This document shows positions 25,866-38,875 of a stretch of 64,000 bases of DNA, piece by piece. The stretch comes from Azolla caroliniana (Eukaryota; Plantae; Polypodiophyta). Position 1 is the stretch's first letter. Every line of letters begins with the position of its first letter. The position numbers and the translations under genes are program-made. The notes under the pieces are model-generated. The model was given only the letters and a program-made list of their open reading frames with translations, made no database searches and had not been told where the DNA came from. The DNA is taken from assembly GCA_043228905.1 (NCBI GenBank), contig JBHGNT010000013.1:20212001-20276000 (forward strand). Reading direction: 5' to 3'.

Positions 25866-28429
25866 AGGATTGTCTTGTTAAGGCTATTGCTATGCATTAG
25901 ATTGCTAACTTCTAATTAAACATGTACACATTACTCTCATTACATGCACATTTTGGTTTATCATTCTATCGTGCTCCCTGATCATTTAAATGGTTTAATT
26001 TATCTAGCTAGCTCAATGATGACATGTTTTAGGCTAGAAACCTACATGTTTTGTCAAACTTAGGCACCTCTTTCTGTTCCAATTCTAGTTGCTCATGCAA
26101 GTTCAGTCCCTTTTAGTCTAAGGATACTCTTCTTGCTCCCCTATTTCAGGTAAAGCCAAAACCTAAACCCTCTATTAAATATTAGAAAATCAATGCCATT
26201 GATTCTTGCACAGTGACACACACACTTGCTGCCTTCTGCATGCTCAATAGAACCCATTCGGTTTAAGAGGCATTTAGACACTTTTGCACAACATGCCATT
26301 TCTCCATAAATCCGTACATAATTTGCAGATACTTTTGAACAACTAATCTACTACCTTCCAATGTAATCGGGAGAAGTCCACTTGAAGGCTATCTTGGAGT
26401 CCACCATTAGCAAGCCCTTGCTCACACACGCCTTGGCTTGATCGCTTGACAAACTTGCATGTAGTGCATTCTAAAACTTAAATACAATCAATGCCCCAAT
26501 TGCTTGCTTCCCAAGGTAATTAGATGACATTTACCCCATTTTAGGCTTTTTTCCCTCTTCTTTTTATTCTAAGAGTTTTTGGACTATGATTAGACATTGG
26601 CCACTTCTTTCTCATCTTGGATTTGGGTTATTCTAAGGGGGTTCTTCTTGCTCAAACAAGGGAAAAAGACAACTAAAGGAGGATCTCGAAGAGAAGGACG
26701 CAAAAAAGGGTGTGGAAAGCTTCGACAACAAAAGGTGTGACGATCGTTGCTTGTGAGCTCGAGCCACCGAAACTCAAGAGCCATTCCTCCATGCTTACTT
26801 TCCTATTCCCTAGCAACTATTCCATTGTAATCACTCATTATAAACCCTAACTTGAAAGGGAGTATTATGTAAAAAAATTTGTGGGTGTAAAGGTTAAACC
26901 TTCACCCTTGAGTAGTACACACACACAAAAAAAAAAACTCAAGTTTGCACAACAACATGTATTCCCAAAAGCATGAGACATCGTATCCACTGCAACAATC
27001 ATCACAAATCCCACTTCAACAATCATTATGGCATGAACTTGTCAAATAGTGAGGAAGTCTCCCTAGATATATATCACCATGAACACCACACTTTTCCAAG
27101 AATATCACAATTCACAACTATGGTGACCTTCAGGATTGACTCACGATTGTCAAAATCCACTAAGGCCACCTCTATAGGTTACCTTGACCAATATGGGCAA
27201 TGGGCATCACACACCACCCTAGGATAGTCTCCATCATCCATTGCAACCTCTTGTTCCACAACCTCCATGGGCCTGACCCCCCTCTCAATAGCCCCACAAT
27301 TGTGGTGATTCTATTGCAACAAACCTCGACACTACATTGATTATTGTTTGTTGCATCAAGTCGGTCAGTATGCCAAAGGTTGCATCATCAACTTCATTGA
27401 GTCCACCAAGCATGGGCTAGCTAACAACGCATGGCCATCAACTCATCGCCTGCCTAAACAAGAAATTTGCCACCAAACTTATACTTTGGTCTGAGAAGAG
27501 CCCACACGAAGAATACTACATGTGCGGTCCTACATAGCACAAGAGTTGCCATCACAACCACTAGCTTTAACAACACAAACACCATGGTGAAAGAGATATA
27601 ATTGTAATATCTTATAAAGAGGAAGAACTATAAACGTGAATATATAAAACTTTTAAGGGTTCTTTGTCATTATAAACCTTAGAACTCAATTAGTTGTGAC
27701 TCTCACTTGCTTCCTCTAATTGTTTCCCTAATCTCAATCCCTAATCCTAATCTTTGTATCTAATTAAATATACAATTATTTAAGCAAATTAACGGAAACT
27801 AAGACATGACGGTAATTTCCCGTCATCGTCATTCTCTAAGGAAACTCATCAAACTTGGTAAAGTCTTTTATATGATTGATTTTATCATTAATCATGTGAA
27901 TGTGATTTAGTTATAGAGAATTATTAGAGTTTGATTCAGTAGTTAGTTTGTACATAAGTAACTCAAAAGAAATTGACTCTTGCTCTCACCTATCTTGCCA
28001 ATAAAATGGTAGATGGTGATACGTCCCCACACCTAAACCTTAAAGTGGTTCTCAAGAAGAACAATGTAGTATGAAGTAATAACACTGGAAGACTATATGT
28101 TTGGCTTTATTGTGGGAGAGAATCACCTTATGATGTTTGTGATGAGCTTTTCATAAGCTCCCACTCACATCATGTTGAGTGCTTGTGAACTTGAGACCCT
28201 AAAAAACTATCATTGTTGTGAGTGCATGTGTTATGAGCATCAACAAGTCCCATTCTGGTGAATACTCCTCTTGATACTACCAACAACTCCTATTGTGGTG
28301 AATTATCGTTTTTGAGTTTTCAAATTCCAACTAACGTAGAAAATGTTCATTAGTAAGTTCATAGAAGGGTTTGGTTATCATGATTCTTAAGAACCCCCAA
28401 AAAGTACATAAATTGTGCCTCCACCACTT

Positions 28430-29000
28430 CCCAACAATAAAAAAACCAATGACAAGTTCATGGGTTTTAAAATATCATTTTAAATGAGAATAGTGGGGCT
28501 CCACTAGAACTTCTACTTTTCCCTCCCTCAAGAAGAGTTTGCTAGAGTTAAAAAGAGTATAAGACCTCATGTGTATTAAAGAAGAAATGATCATGAACAT
28601 TAAGGAACTTCAATAAAGACACGGAGCTCTAGTCAAAATAGCCAACTAAAGGTAAACACCCAAACTAGATGCTAATTGAACACAATCTATGGTAGTAGAA
28701 TGCACAAGGTTTTGTTGTTGGTGAACTTAAAGATGTTAAGTGCAATACTACTTTCAAAAATTCCATAAGCATACTCAAGTTTAACTTTGCCAACAACTCA
28801 ATTTATCAGTAAGAGCCACCTACAAATATCACATCAATAGGGCCAAGATAAAAACTCAAGCACAAAACCAATGATGACGAAGATTGGTGGATTATAGATT
28901 TAACCATTGATCTATAATCCACCAAACTTCATTAGCCTTAGTAAAAGTAGAGAGCCATCCCCTCTCATTGTCATGTTAATGACATCAACTAATCAACCCA
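28430..29000 (+). mobile_element. Degenerate dispersed repeat (probably LTR-retrotransposon derived), homologous to ~60380-60900
   Basis: Shared blocks AAGACCTCATG (28561/60513) and TCTATGGTAGTAGAATGCA (28686/60594) at similar spacing. No intact domain, so the LTR assignment is inference. Confidence 0.4.
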
Positions 29001-29413
29001 AATGAACTTGTGCCCCACTTTATGGAATGTTAAGGGAAATAATGTCCTATTCATTGGTTTTAACAACACTATGAGGTTTAATATCTCCATCCTTAAATAT
29101 TGATCATAAGCCAATTGGGAACTATGACAAGAGGATAGTCAACATAATAACAAGGTATTCTGACATTACACATAAATATAGATGAAGAGAAGTGCACTTG
29201 CGACCCATAGATCCAAGATAAAAAGTTTAAATTTAAGGCCCCCATATGGTTTGTGACTTCCCTACAAAAGAACATTATTGTGCCAAGAATGGTGACTAGC
29301 CATATTGTGATCTTTTGGGTGCGCAACAATGGTTAATAGATTGACTATGTACTCTTAACAAGCTCCCAATACTTGTTTGCATGGTTCCAACAAGAGACCA
29401 CATCCCTCAGTTC

Positions 29414-29725
29414 TAGTCATGACCACTTGGTACCTACTTTCCAATAAAATAAATTATGGTAGAGTAAGTGTAAATTATCTTGTTGGTTGTGGCCTCAAAA
29501 ATAGGTGTATGAGTAGTCATGTCATCATAACCTAGTTTCCAATAAAAGAATGGGAAATTAAGTGTAAATTGTGTTGTTGGTTATGGCCTTAGAAGTAAGT
29601 GTATGAGGAGTCATGCGACCCTAACCTAGTTTCTAATAAAAGAGTGGGAAAGTAAGTGTATATTGTGTTGATGGTCGTGGTCTCGGAAGTAGGTGTATAA
29701 GTAGTCATTTAGCTCAAAACTTAGT
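29414..29725. repeat. Minisatellite, ~94-bp unit x3
   Basis: The unit AACCTAGTTTCCAATAAAAGA..TAAGTGTAAATTGTGTTGTTGG..GTGTATGAG.AGTCAT is repeated three times. Confidence 0.85.
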
Positions 29726-29899
29726 CAAGAGGAAGAGCAAGTGAAAGCCTTGCTAAGTTAAAATGTCTTCTAAGCATACAACATCCATTCATGATCATAG
29801 TCTAATAGTGTGACATACCTCCAAACACAAACAAAATGCTAACAAATGTAATTCTACCACCCCACCTATCAAACTACACAAATCCCATCAAATGGAAAC

Positions 29900-30520
29900 A
29901 AGAGAGTCAAGGCCACAAAGTGTTGGAATGTTTTAAATAGATTCAGAATGATGGCATTGTCCCATTTGCAGTTTGAAGGCGTGTAGAAACATAGGAGCAT
30001 TAGATAAGGGCAAACAAATTCATGAGGAAGGTGTGTGTAGAGGCTTGCATGATAAAGACGTTATACTGGGGACTGCTTTTGTCCAACAAGGGCAATGTGA
30101 TGAAGTGTTGTGCGGTTTGAACACATGCAAAGTGAGGGGCTTTCTCCAGATGTAATCACCTTCATTTGTATATTGAAAGCTTGTAGAAGCACATAAACAA
30201 TGCACATAAGAGAGCAAATTCATGACACAATCATGAGTGCGCAGTTATTGGAGGGGGATATTGTACTTGGTACCACCTTGGTGGATTATGTATGTCAAAT
30301 GTGGGATTCTTGCAAAAGCGGAGAAAGTGTTGAAAGGGTTTCCTAATCGAAATGTTGTTTCTTGGAACGTGCTCATTGTTGGGTATACTAAGCATAATCA
30401 AGTTCATGAAGCTTTCGTTCCTTCAAGCAGATGCAAAATGAGGGCCTTTCCCCAAACATTATCACCTTCATTACTTGAAGGCTTGCGGTAGCTTAATAGA
30501 TATAGAAAATGGTAATAGGA
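29900..30520 (+). pseudogene. PLS-class pentatricopeptide repeat (PPR) gene fragment, frameshifted
   Basis: LKACRNIGALDKGKQIHEE..DVILGTA; TFICILKAC..EQIHDTI..GDIVLGTTLVD; MYVKCGILAKAEKVL..RNVVSWNVLIVGY, broken by stops and frameshifts. Confidence 0.85.
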
Positions 30521-32214
30521 TATGCAATATTCAATGTAATAATGGACTATTTTGTAAATTGCCTTTGGCCACTTTAAATTTTAATACCAATAGACGATAT
30601 TTAAAAACTAAAAAATAAATTGTAGGGACATTTGATGTTTGGTAGGGCCGTGATTCAGATCAAACACAAGGCCTAGTGTGGATGATCTAACTAATGGAAA
30701 ACTTGGCTTCAAAAAGAGGTGATTGGAGGAAGACTATAGGAGGGAAAAGAAATGAATGGAGGCATGGGTGTTGCGATCTAGAATATGAAGACGATCATTG
30801 ATGAAGTCGTCCATGATCCACGACATGCGTACCTTCCTTCGTAGTTGTTCACGTGGCAAGATTTTGGGAAGGTTGACAAATATATGAACATATGCAAGGC
30901 ACGCCTTTGTTTTGCATTGTGGAAATTAGACAAAGCTCAATGATGAGGAAGAGGACAAAGCGTGGGGTGGGGTGGGTTTGTGGTGAGGTGACAACAAAAT
31001 TGTTTGACCTTGGGTAGTGTTGCAAAGAAAGGGGAGGTGCCACTAGGATTAAGCACCCAAAGGTTCAAGAACATGGTTCGTGACACGGTGAACCCAACCT
31101 CATACTGATAGGATCTGATCTCAATACCTCTTCTATGGTGAGCTCCACTAGCCTCAATGAGGATTTTCTTCAAGTTTGAGTGAGCTATCATGGGGGGCTC
31201 AACCATTTGACATCCTTCTCTCCTTGACAATGACTCTTAAAGGTGTTGGACTTGTTGGATCAAAGTTACATCTAACTTCAGGTGTTCAACAGGAGTAGTT
31301 CCTAGGATTGGTGTGTGTAAGGATTTGATAGTGCCTCCCTATTTCTACGTGCTTCATGTGGTGAGGGTTTAGACAAAGTATCATTGTTAGCCCATTTGTC
31401 AAGAGACTATATTTGGAATAGGAAGCTCTTAAAGCATTTTGCTCAGATTTTTCAAATGTCCGCACAATTTTAAGTCAATGAAAAAAACCTTTCTCATTTT
31501 CGGAAGTAACATCAACGTTCTCTTCGCAATTAAGGATGTAGATATGGCCCAATAATGAGACCCCACAATTCCTCACAATTTCCTCTCGGTTTTTCAAAGT
31601 CTCATTCCTTGCCTCACCCACACCTTTGCCACAACCCATCACTCCTACCAACCTGGAAACTTTCTAGTTTCTATGAAACTCTTCATCCTCATCATCAAAC
31701 CCCTCAACCATGTCAAATTCACTCTCCTCTCACACTTCTAACCTACTTAAACATCCGAAAACCCCTCTTCTCCATCTAACACACACTTCAACCACACCCT
31801 AGTCTTATTGATATGTCCACAAAATTGAGAAATCTCCACCCCTATAGCACTCCTAATGGCACTGTACGTGGTGTACACACAAGCATCAAGTCAAAGGGGA
31901 CATTAAGTATCCACTAGACATCTCACCTTCTATGAGGATACACTTGTAAGGACATCATGGAGATATAGGGCAACAAAGAGAATGAACTAAACCTTGTAAT
32001 TGAGGTATAATCTGTAGTATCTATTAACCTTTATACAATCCCAACTGTGAAAAGGGACATAATTATAATAATCTTCAATAAGGAAGGATTATAAAGATGA
32101 AACTACAAACCTTTTGTAAGGATTCTTCCTCATTCTATTCCCTAGAGTATTAAAGCCTCTCTCTCTCTGATCACTTTTCTTATCTCAAGCCTAGGATTGA
32201 TCTTTATACCTATT

Positions 32215-32500
32215 TAACCTTGTAATTATTTAACTGGATTAATGGAAGCTAAGTCATGATGGAACGCGTATCTTCGCACTCTAAAGAACAAGTATGATCA
32301 TCATTAATCACATAAATGTGATTATGTTGTAGAGTAGGATTAGAGTTTGTGCAAGTCGTAAGTTTATACGCTAGTAGCGCGAGTTTGGTTGACGCCCACT
32401 TTTGCCAATCTTTCCAACAAAAACATAGTACGTACATGCACATCGACATCGAGACAGTTCTCAAGAGGAACATTTGAGTAAGAAGTAGCATCCAACAAGA
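32215..32500 (+). repeat. Dispersed repeat shared with 59570-59865 (LTR-like remnant)
   Basis: CTTGTAA..TGGATTAATGGAA and GAACA.T.GAGTAAGAAGTA occur in the same order at both loci. Confidence 0.45.
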
Positions 32501-34813
32501 ACATCAAAATACACTATAGTGCTCACCTTCTTCCGCTTTGATAGTTCAATATTTTTATAGTCATTTAGTAATATCATAATGTTTTTTGAGTTGTCCCGCT
32601 TATCTCTCATAATGTCTTGAATCCTCAAGGAGCTTGTAATTTGGTTTCACGTCCTCTTTTTTATCAAGCAAATGTCATACAATTATCATTGTAGCTACAA
32701 ATTGTAGGCTTCACATCCCATTTTTATTTTTATTTTTAAAACATCTCTCCAAACTAGTGATATGTTGTGTACCAACAAATTCAATTTAATATTTGACCTA
32801 AACTTTGGATGCTCCGGAACCTTTTCTTGTCGCAACAGATTTTAAACATAAATATTTTGACTTCTATTTAAGATTTCACTTTTGGGTGTAGCAAACTTGT
32901 CATTGTCTTGGTTGCTTATTTCTTATACCACCCCACTTTATTATTAATTGCAATTTGATAAGCGAATCAAAACATGACTAATCTTCTTAAGAAAAGAGAA
33001 GTTACTATTTTGGAAAAAGAAAAGAAAAGAGAATTAATTATGCACACAATTGTTTTGCTCAATAATATATTTTCTTGGTTGTATTCTTTGACTTGTGGAA
33101 ATTTTGTGGATTGTTTGCTCACACTTGGGTACTTGATTAATTAAGAATGTGGGACTTAATTGATGGATGGCCAATTGTAGGACGGCGTACAATGTTCACA
33201 TACAAGTTTGGCCACTATGCTCCAAATATAATGTTCTTAGTTGTCATTTTGCACCAACGATGCTTACGTACGCATATAATACACAAGTAAAAGATTAAAT
33301 CTACGTAGAACCTTGAGCGGTGTCCATGAGTTTGAAATACAAATTATATATTGGATGTCAACCTCGGGCTTTTGATTCTAGATGGAAAACCTAACCCTCG
33401 AGTCAAGGCCCAAAACAAGTATGTTTGCAATAACTTTTATGAATTCAATTACTCGATCATGATCCACGTTGTATAGGCATTAATTATTAACACTTTTAAA
33501 CCAGACATACCTACTCAAACCATACATTGACCACTTTGTGGGCCCTCTCAAATAGAAGTAGATATGGTAATGTAGTGAGAGAATGAGGAAGGGCTTGGAC
33601 TATAAAATAAAAAGATAAATAAAAGAATTAAATTAATCAGTCCAACAAGCTAAGGTATAGGAGAAAATACCAAAAATGTATTGAGTTTGAAAGGAATTCT
33701 AGGAAAGAAAAACAAGATAATAAATATAAGTTATAAAGAGATTAATAAAGAAGAGTAGATTGAAAAAAGTCCCAAATTTGGTGATTTCAACTGTGAAGAA
33801 GTGGATGAATACCTTTGAAGAGGCCAACGGGACCAAAACAATATGCATATGCTAGGTTGTTTATTCGACAAATGAGAGATAGGATATCCTAAATACCTAT
33901 AAAAAGAGATTACATAGGATAGAATTGGTAACGTTGAAAACTTCCTGAAGTGTAGAGACTCGTGGGTCATCTTTATCTTGATTATGGCGGAGTACTTAAG
34001 GAGCCTCGAGTTGATCCTCATGGTTCCCCACGATTGCTATTGTCAAACTACACATAATTGTGCAATAGTCCAAACCCCTCTCAAAATAGGAAGCAATGTC
34101 TTCCTTGATTCAAAATATACAACACAATATATAACATTCTCGTTACTTTATGCCCTTGTGACAAAGAACGTGTTCACGGTCAGAGATAACAAGTACGTAC
34201 ATACATGTGAGGGTATACATATACATGTGTTTGTGTCGGAAGTAGTTGTTGTATGTAATACTTCAGCATAATGTGGGGAAGTTAGAAAGGGAGGAAAGAG
34301 GTAGAAGCTAGTTTGAGCCAAGAAAAGATTCAACCTACAATAGCATTGTTCGATTGGGTAACAAACTCATAGAGGAACATGAGAAGTTTTATGAATAAAA
34401 CTAGAAGGATTCAACGTGTGTCCATGCATCAAACATTGCCAAATGGTTGAGGTAACGAGAGGAAGCATTGACACATATAAATGAAAGGGGTTGGTCTAAG
34501 ATGGGTTGCTCAGAAAATGACAATAATTTGGTTCTTGGATGATTTAGAAGAGAGACAATAGGAAATCATAGGCTAATGTGGCTAAAAAGATACACAAAAG
34601 GGATATTTCTCAAATTTTACAAGGTTGAAAATGGAGAACACGTATATGAGCATCCTCCAAAATGTGGTTGCTAGGCATATGGTTTGATGGTTTGATGGGA
34701 GGTGTTTTACATCAGCAATCACATAAAGAGAACACAACCCTAGGCTAGTAAGTAACATTGCCTATGGTTGTGTTATTTTGTATGGTCGTGTTATTTTGTG
34801 TGGTCACCGGTGT

Positions 34814-35443
34814 AAAGTTTCAACACTAACATTGTCTTGATATGCAAAATATTAGTGCATGGAAAGGGTAGCTTGTCACGCAAATCGATTGTATAGTTCA
34901 GAAAAGAGAAGCGCACGAAGATGAATGCCAAGATGCGAAAACTCCCAAGCGGTGAGGTGTTGCTAAACATTTGGTTCGAGCTGGTATCTTGGCTGCGCGG
35001 ACAGTACAACTCAATTGAAGGGAACTCGGATGCAGCAGACAGGGCTCGCTCAAAGTTTTTGCTGAAATGGGGTCGCTCTCCTATGATGGTTAATTCAGCG
35101 TCTGGTCCTAAATGGAATTACCAAGCACCAAGATGGCTGTTTCCGCCATTGGCTTCGTTGTGAATATGTGGTCACCATGGTGGTCACTATGTGAAAAGAG
35201 GCAGTGGGTTACTCTTGTTGTAAATAGTTAGGTGAGGATTATGCTGTTTTGATTATGGCTGTTCTTCGATGTAATTCTTTTGCTAACTAATGGGAAGTAG
35301 TGATTTTTTTGGAAAAAAAAAAAAGTTTCAACACTAACATTGTCTTGATATGCAAAATATTAGTGCATGGAAAGGGTAGCTAGTCACGCAAATCGATTGT
35401 ATAGTTCAGAAAAGAGAAGCGCACGAAGATGAATGCCAAGATG
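34814..35443 (+). repeat. 122-bp direct repeat pair (34814-34935 and 35322-35443), one mismatch
   Basis: AAAGTTTCAACACTAACATTG...GAATGCCAAGATG lies on both sides of the LINE fragment. The only difference seen is GCTTGTC vs GCTAGTC. Confidence 0.95.
34936..35321 (+). mobile_element. 5'-truncated L1-type LINE (intact C-terminal ORF end + 3'UTR + polyA) flanked by a 122-bp direct duplication
   Basis: Encodes EVLLNIWFELVSWLRGQYNSIEG..KFLLKWGRSP..GPKWNYQAPRWLFPP*, similar to the last part of the 14-21 kb LINE (VLLAIWENLLAVVRNQYDNMQG..LLHLWKSHP..GPQWNYQLP). A-run at 35313-35324. Confidence 0.88.
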
Positions 35444-35565
35444 GGGCATTGCATTACAGAAACGAAATAAGTCGGGGGCAATTAAAAACTAATAGTGAAC
35501 GTGGGTCAAACGCTGCCTAGTCCAACAGATATATATAATAATATATGAATACTTGCTAGTGGGGT

Positions 35566-35916
35566 CAAATGCATACCATACCAAACCATACCAAATGACA
35601 CCATACCATACCATACCATATGACACTATACCATATGTACAATATGACACCATACCATACCATATGACACCATACCAAATGCATACCATACCAAACCATA
35701 CCAAATGACACCATACCATACCATACCATATGACACTATACCATACAATATGACACCATACCATACCATATGACACCATACCATACCATATGACACCATA
35801 CCATAGCATACCATATGACACCATACCATACCATACCATACCATACCATATGACACCATACCATACCATACCATACCATATGACACCATACCATACCATA
35901 CCATACCATACCATAC
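35566..35916. repeat. (CCATA)n pentanucleotide satellite with TGACA interruptions
   Basis: About 350 bp of CCATA units, with a ~110-bp higher-order duplication starting at 35566 and 35676. Confidence 0.95.
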
Positions 35917-36042
35917 ACCAGAGCAGGCCAAGCAGGTTAGGCGGCAGAGGGTTGGCTCTCTAGCTTTCTTTCTGGCTCTGCTCACAGCTTAGTTGGACGG
36001 AGAAAGAAACGGTGTAGCAGGTTAGCCTGCGTAGCTTTTGAT

Positions 36043-36043
<1 letters not shown>

Positions 36044-36079
<36 letters not shown>

Positions 36080-36389
36080 GAGTCTAGAGTGCATTTAATT
36101 CCAAGTTGGGAAGCATTAAATGCGCGCGAGGGGGAGGCTGGTGGCAGAGAGAGAGAGAGAGAGAGATGAGAGAGGTGCACCGCCATCATTAGAGAGAGGT
36201 GGGGTGGGTTTTTTTTTTGTTTCTAGAGAGAGAGAGAAGGAGTATGATGCCCTCCCCTCCCTGCCTCCAGTACACCCTTTTTTACGTGTCGTGATTTTAG
36301 GTCAAGTCGCCTCCTTTTTTCTTCTTCTTCTTCTCTGCCACTCACTCACAGAGGGAGTCTATAAGCTAATTATGAGGAGAGAGAAAGAA

Positions 36390-36441
<52 letters not shown>

Positions 36442-36684
36442 TGTGTGTGTTTTGAGTAATTGTAGGAGCTTACCCTTCTTCCTTTTTCGCCCTCAGAAAC
36501 AACAAGAAGCAGGGAAGAAGAAGAGGAAGGAAAGAGGTTTCTGATTAATACACGGACCTACCCCCCCCCCACCCGCCGGAGCCCTTCCTTCCCTCTTTCT
36601 TTCTTCACGCCTTCATTACCTGAGTTGTTGATTCTTTAAAGACCTATCCTCTCTCTCTGTGACCTAATCCTTCCCGCTTCTCCT

Positions 36685-36762
<78 letters not shown>
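36044..36762. repeat. Cluster of (GA)n, (CT)n and (CA)n microsatellites in the CASPL promoter/5' leader
   Basis: GA runs at ~36044-36079, 36146-36165 and 36392-36439; a CT run then a CA run at 36690-36762. Confidence 0.9.
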
Positions 36763-36766
<4 letters not shown>

Positions 36767-37067
36767 TCTCTGTGTTTCTATGGTACCTCGGTCTGTTTCA
36801 TCGTTATAATCATCATCTGGATCATTGCCTTGACAAGCTCAGAAACAGGGGAGGAAGAGGAAGAGGAAGAGGAAGCGAGACTGATATTTTGACTCACTCC
36901 ATAGTCTCCTGCATACTCAAAACACACATCTGGTTCAATCTATCTGTAACCAAGTGGATCTATCCTTCTCCTCACTTCACCCTTCTTTGTGTCTGTCTGT
37001 CTATTATCTGCAGTCAGTAGTATAACAAAGCCAGCAGGCGTAAGCACCATATATATATATATATATC

Positions 37068-38727
37068 ATGGGAGAGCAGCATGAAGACGAAGGAGCTCAA
37101 GCTGAAGTTGCGTTTGTGAAGCATCCACATGTGGGCACGGCCCCAGACATGGCATCCTCCATAGCCACCAACGGAAGCTCTCATCAAACTGCAGCTTCCA
37201 CATTCGGCGTAACTCATTCCAGCCATGCCTCCCTTGTTCCTGGAGTTCCCATGTCTAAGCTCAAGAGAGCCGAGTTCTCCCTCAGGTTAACGGCTCTCAT
37301 TGCCTCCCTCTCTGCCTTTGTCTTCCTCATCACAGACAAACAGACCAATTCCTTCCAGGTCTACACCGCCACAATTGTACAAGAGGCTCGATTCACTGAT
37401 GCCAAAGCCCTCGTGTAAGTCTCTCTCTCTCTCTCTCTCTATCACTCCCTTCTTTTGAATATCTGCTTCCTTTCGGATCCTAGGGTTGGTTTCTTTCCTG
37501 TTTAGATCCCCATTCCTCTCTTATTTCCTCTGTTTGTCGTCCCCTTGTGCTGTGTATTTTAGTTCCCTTGTGCCACTGTTCTTTCTGTTGTTCAGCTACC
37601 CTGTCATGGGACAGTTAGCTGCTCTGTGCAGGTTACAGTGTAACCCATGTAGGATGTAGGCAGTTGATTTAATTGATGTATTTGCCCCTTCCATACCTGT
37701 TTCTGTGGTTGCTGATTCCAAGTGTGCACCTTCATGGCTTTCTTTAGCTAGTAGTGAGTCTTGTTAGGGTTTTCTAACAAACATGTTAATCTTGTTAGGG
37801 GTTTCTAAGAAACATGTTAATGTGTGCATCGTTGCAGGTATACTGTCGCTGTTCTGGGAATAGTTACAGTCTATAGCCTGTTGCAACTGCTGAAGGTGAT
37901 CATCATCGATTACTCATCCATAGCTCCAGAATCAGCCTTAGCATGGACCATCTTCCTCTGTGACCAGGTAGCTTTTGCATTTACAAACAAGACTCTGATA
38001 ATCTCTAATAGCTTAACCGCTGGCTATCTTGCTTTGATTAGGTTTCATAACTAAAATCCTTGTCTGATTCGCTCTAACGTGGAATTTTTTTCTCATGATC
38101 ATGCTTAACATTTGAAAAAACATGCGTCTATTGAAGAGCATCTACCTGTTGTGATGTTACAGGAATCCGATTCATAATACTCATGTACGAATAATTCGAT
38201 CCTTTTGTGTTTAGTAGCTGGTCACTCATGCCTCTAATTTTACAGTCAGTTTGGTATTAGTTTCTCTCTGCGGAAGCAGTCAGTCTGGTTTTCTAATGTC
38301 TTATTGTTTTGATTTTTGCTTTATATCCAGCCTTGCCTGTGGTTGATTTCTGTATAAACTCCTTCTATGGTTCTATCAGCCCCACTGAGTATTATGCATG
38401 TCACAAATCGTGAATTCGATAATTCTTTGTATGAGAATTTAGGTTTGGTTGATTGATTTGGGTACTGACTTTTTTTTTTTATGGGGTTTTGCCATGAATC
38501 AGGTGTTGGCCTACATAATTTTGTCTGCATCCGCAGCTACAACGCAGGTGGCATGGTTCTCACAGCAGGGGAATAATGGCTTGGGCTGGATGATGGTCTG
38601 CAATCTCTATGGCAAATTCTGCAAGCAAATTGGGGCTGGCCTGGTCGCTTCCTTCCTTGCTTTCTTGGCTTTGCTTTTCACATCAGGCATATCTTTATTC
38701 AACCTCTTCGCAAATCCTGAAGATTAG
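37068..38727 (+). CDS. CASPL2: CASP-like protein (MARVEL-like, CASPL2 group), 233 aa, 3 exons
   Basis: Exons 37068-37414, 37838-37967 and 38503-38727 in frame with GT-AG borders. Motifs EFSLRL..SAFVFLITDKQT..ARFTDAKALVY..YSLLQ..AWTIFLCDQVLAYI..G..LGWMMVCNLYGKFCKQI..SLFNLF. Confidence 0.93.
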
Positions 38728-38851
38728 AATGATGAGAAAGCCAGCACCATCATCGTATATACATTCTATTTAATGTGTTTAATTCATTCATAATATTATA
38801 CTTCTCTCTGACAGACAGGCAGAGTAGCCCTAATGTCTTACCTGAGTGAAT

Positions 38852-38875
38852 TTAGGGTTAGGGTTAGGGTTAGGG
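38852..38875 (+). repeat. (TTAGGG)4 telomere-like repeat just 3' of the CASPL stop
   Basis: TTTAGGGTTAGGGTTAGGGTTAGGG at 38851-38875. Confidence 0.8.

Noticed and set aside
35489-35985. Minus-strand ORFs of MVWYG repeats (141, 119 and 60 aa)
   Set aside because: Translation artefact of the (CCATA)n satellite, which is open in several frames.
36120-36455. 111-aa ORF with RE repeats
   Set aside because: Product of (GA)n microsatellites in the CASPL upstream region.
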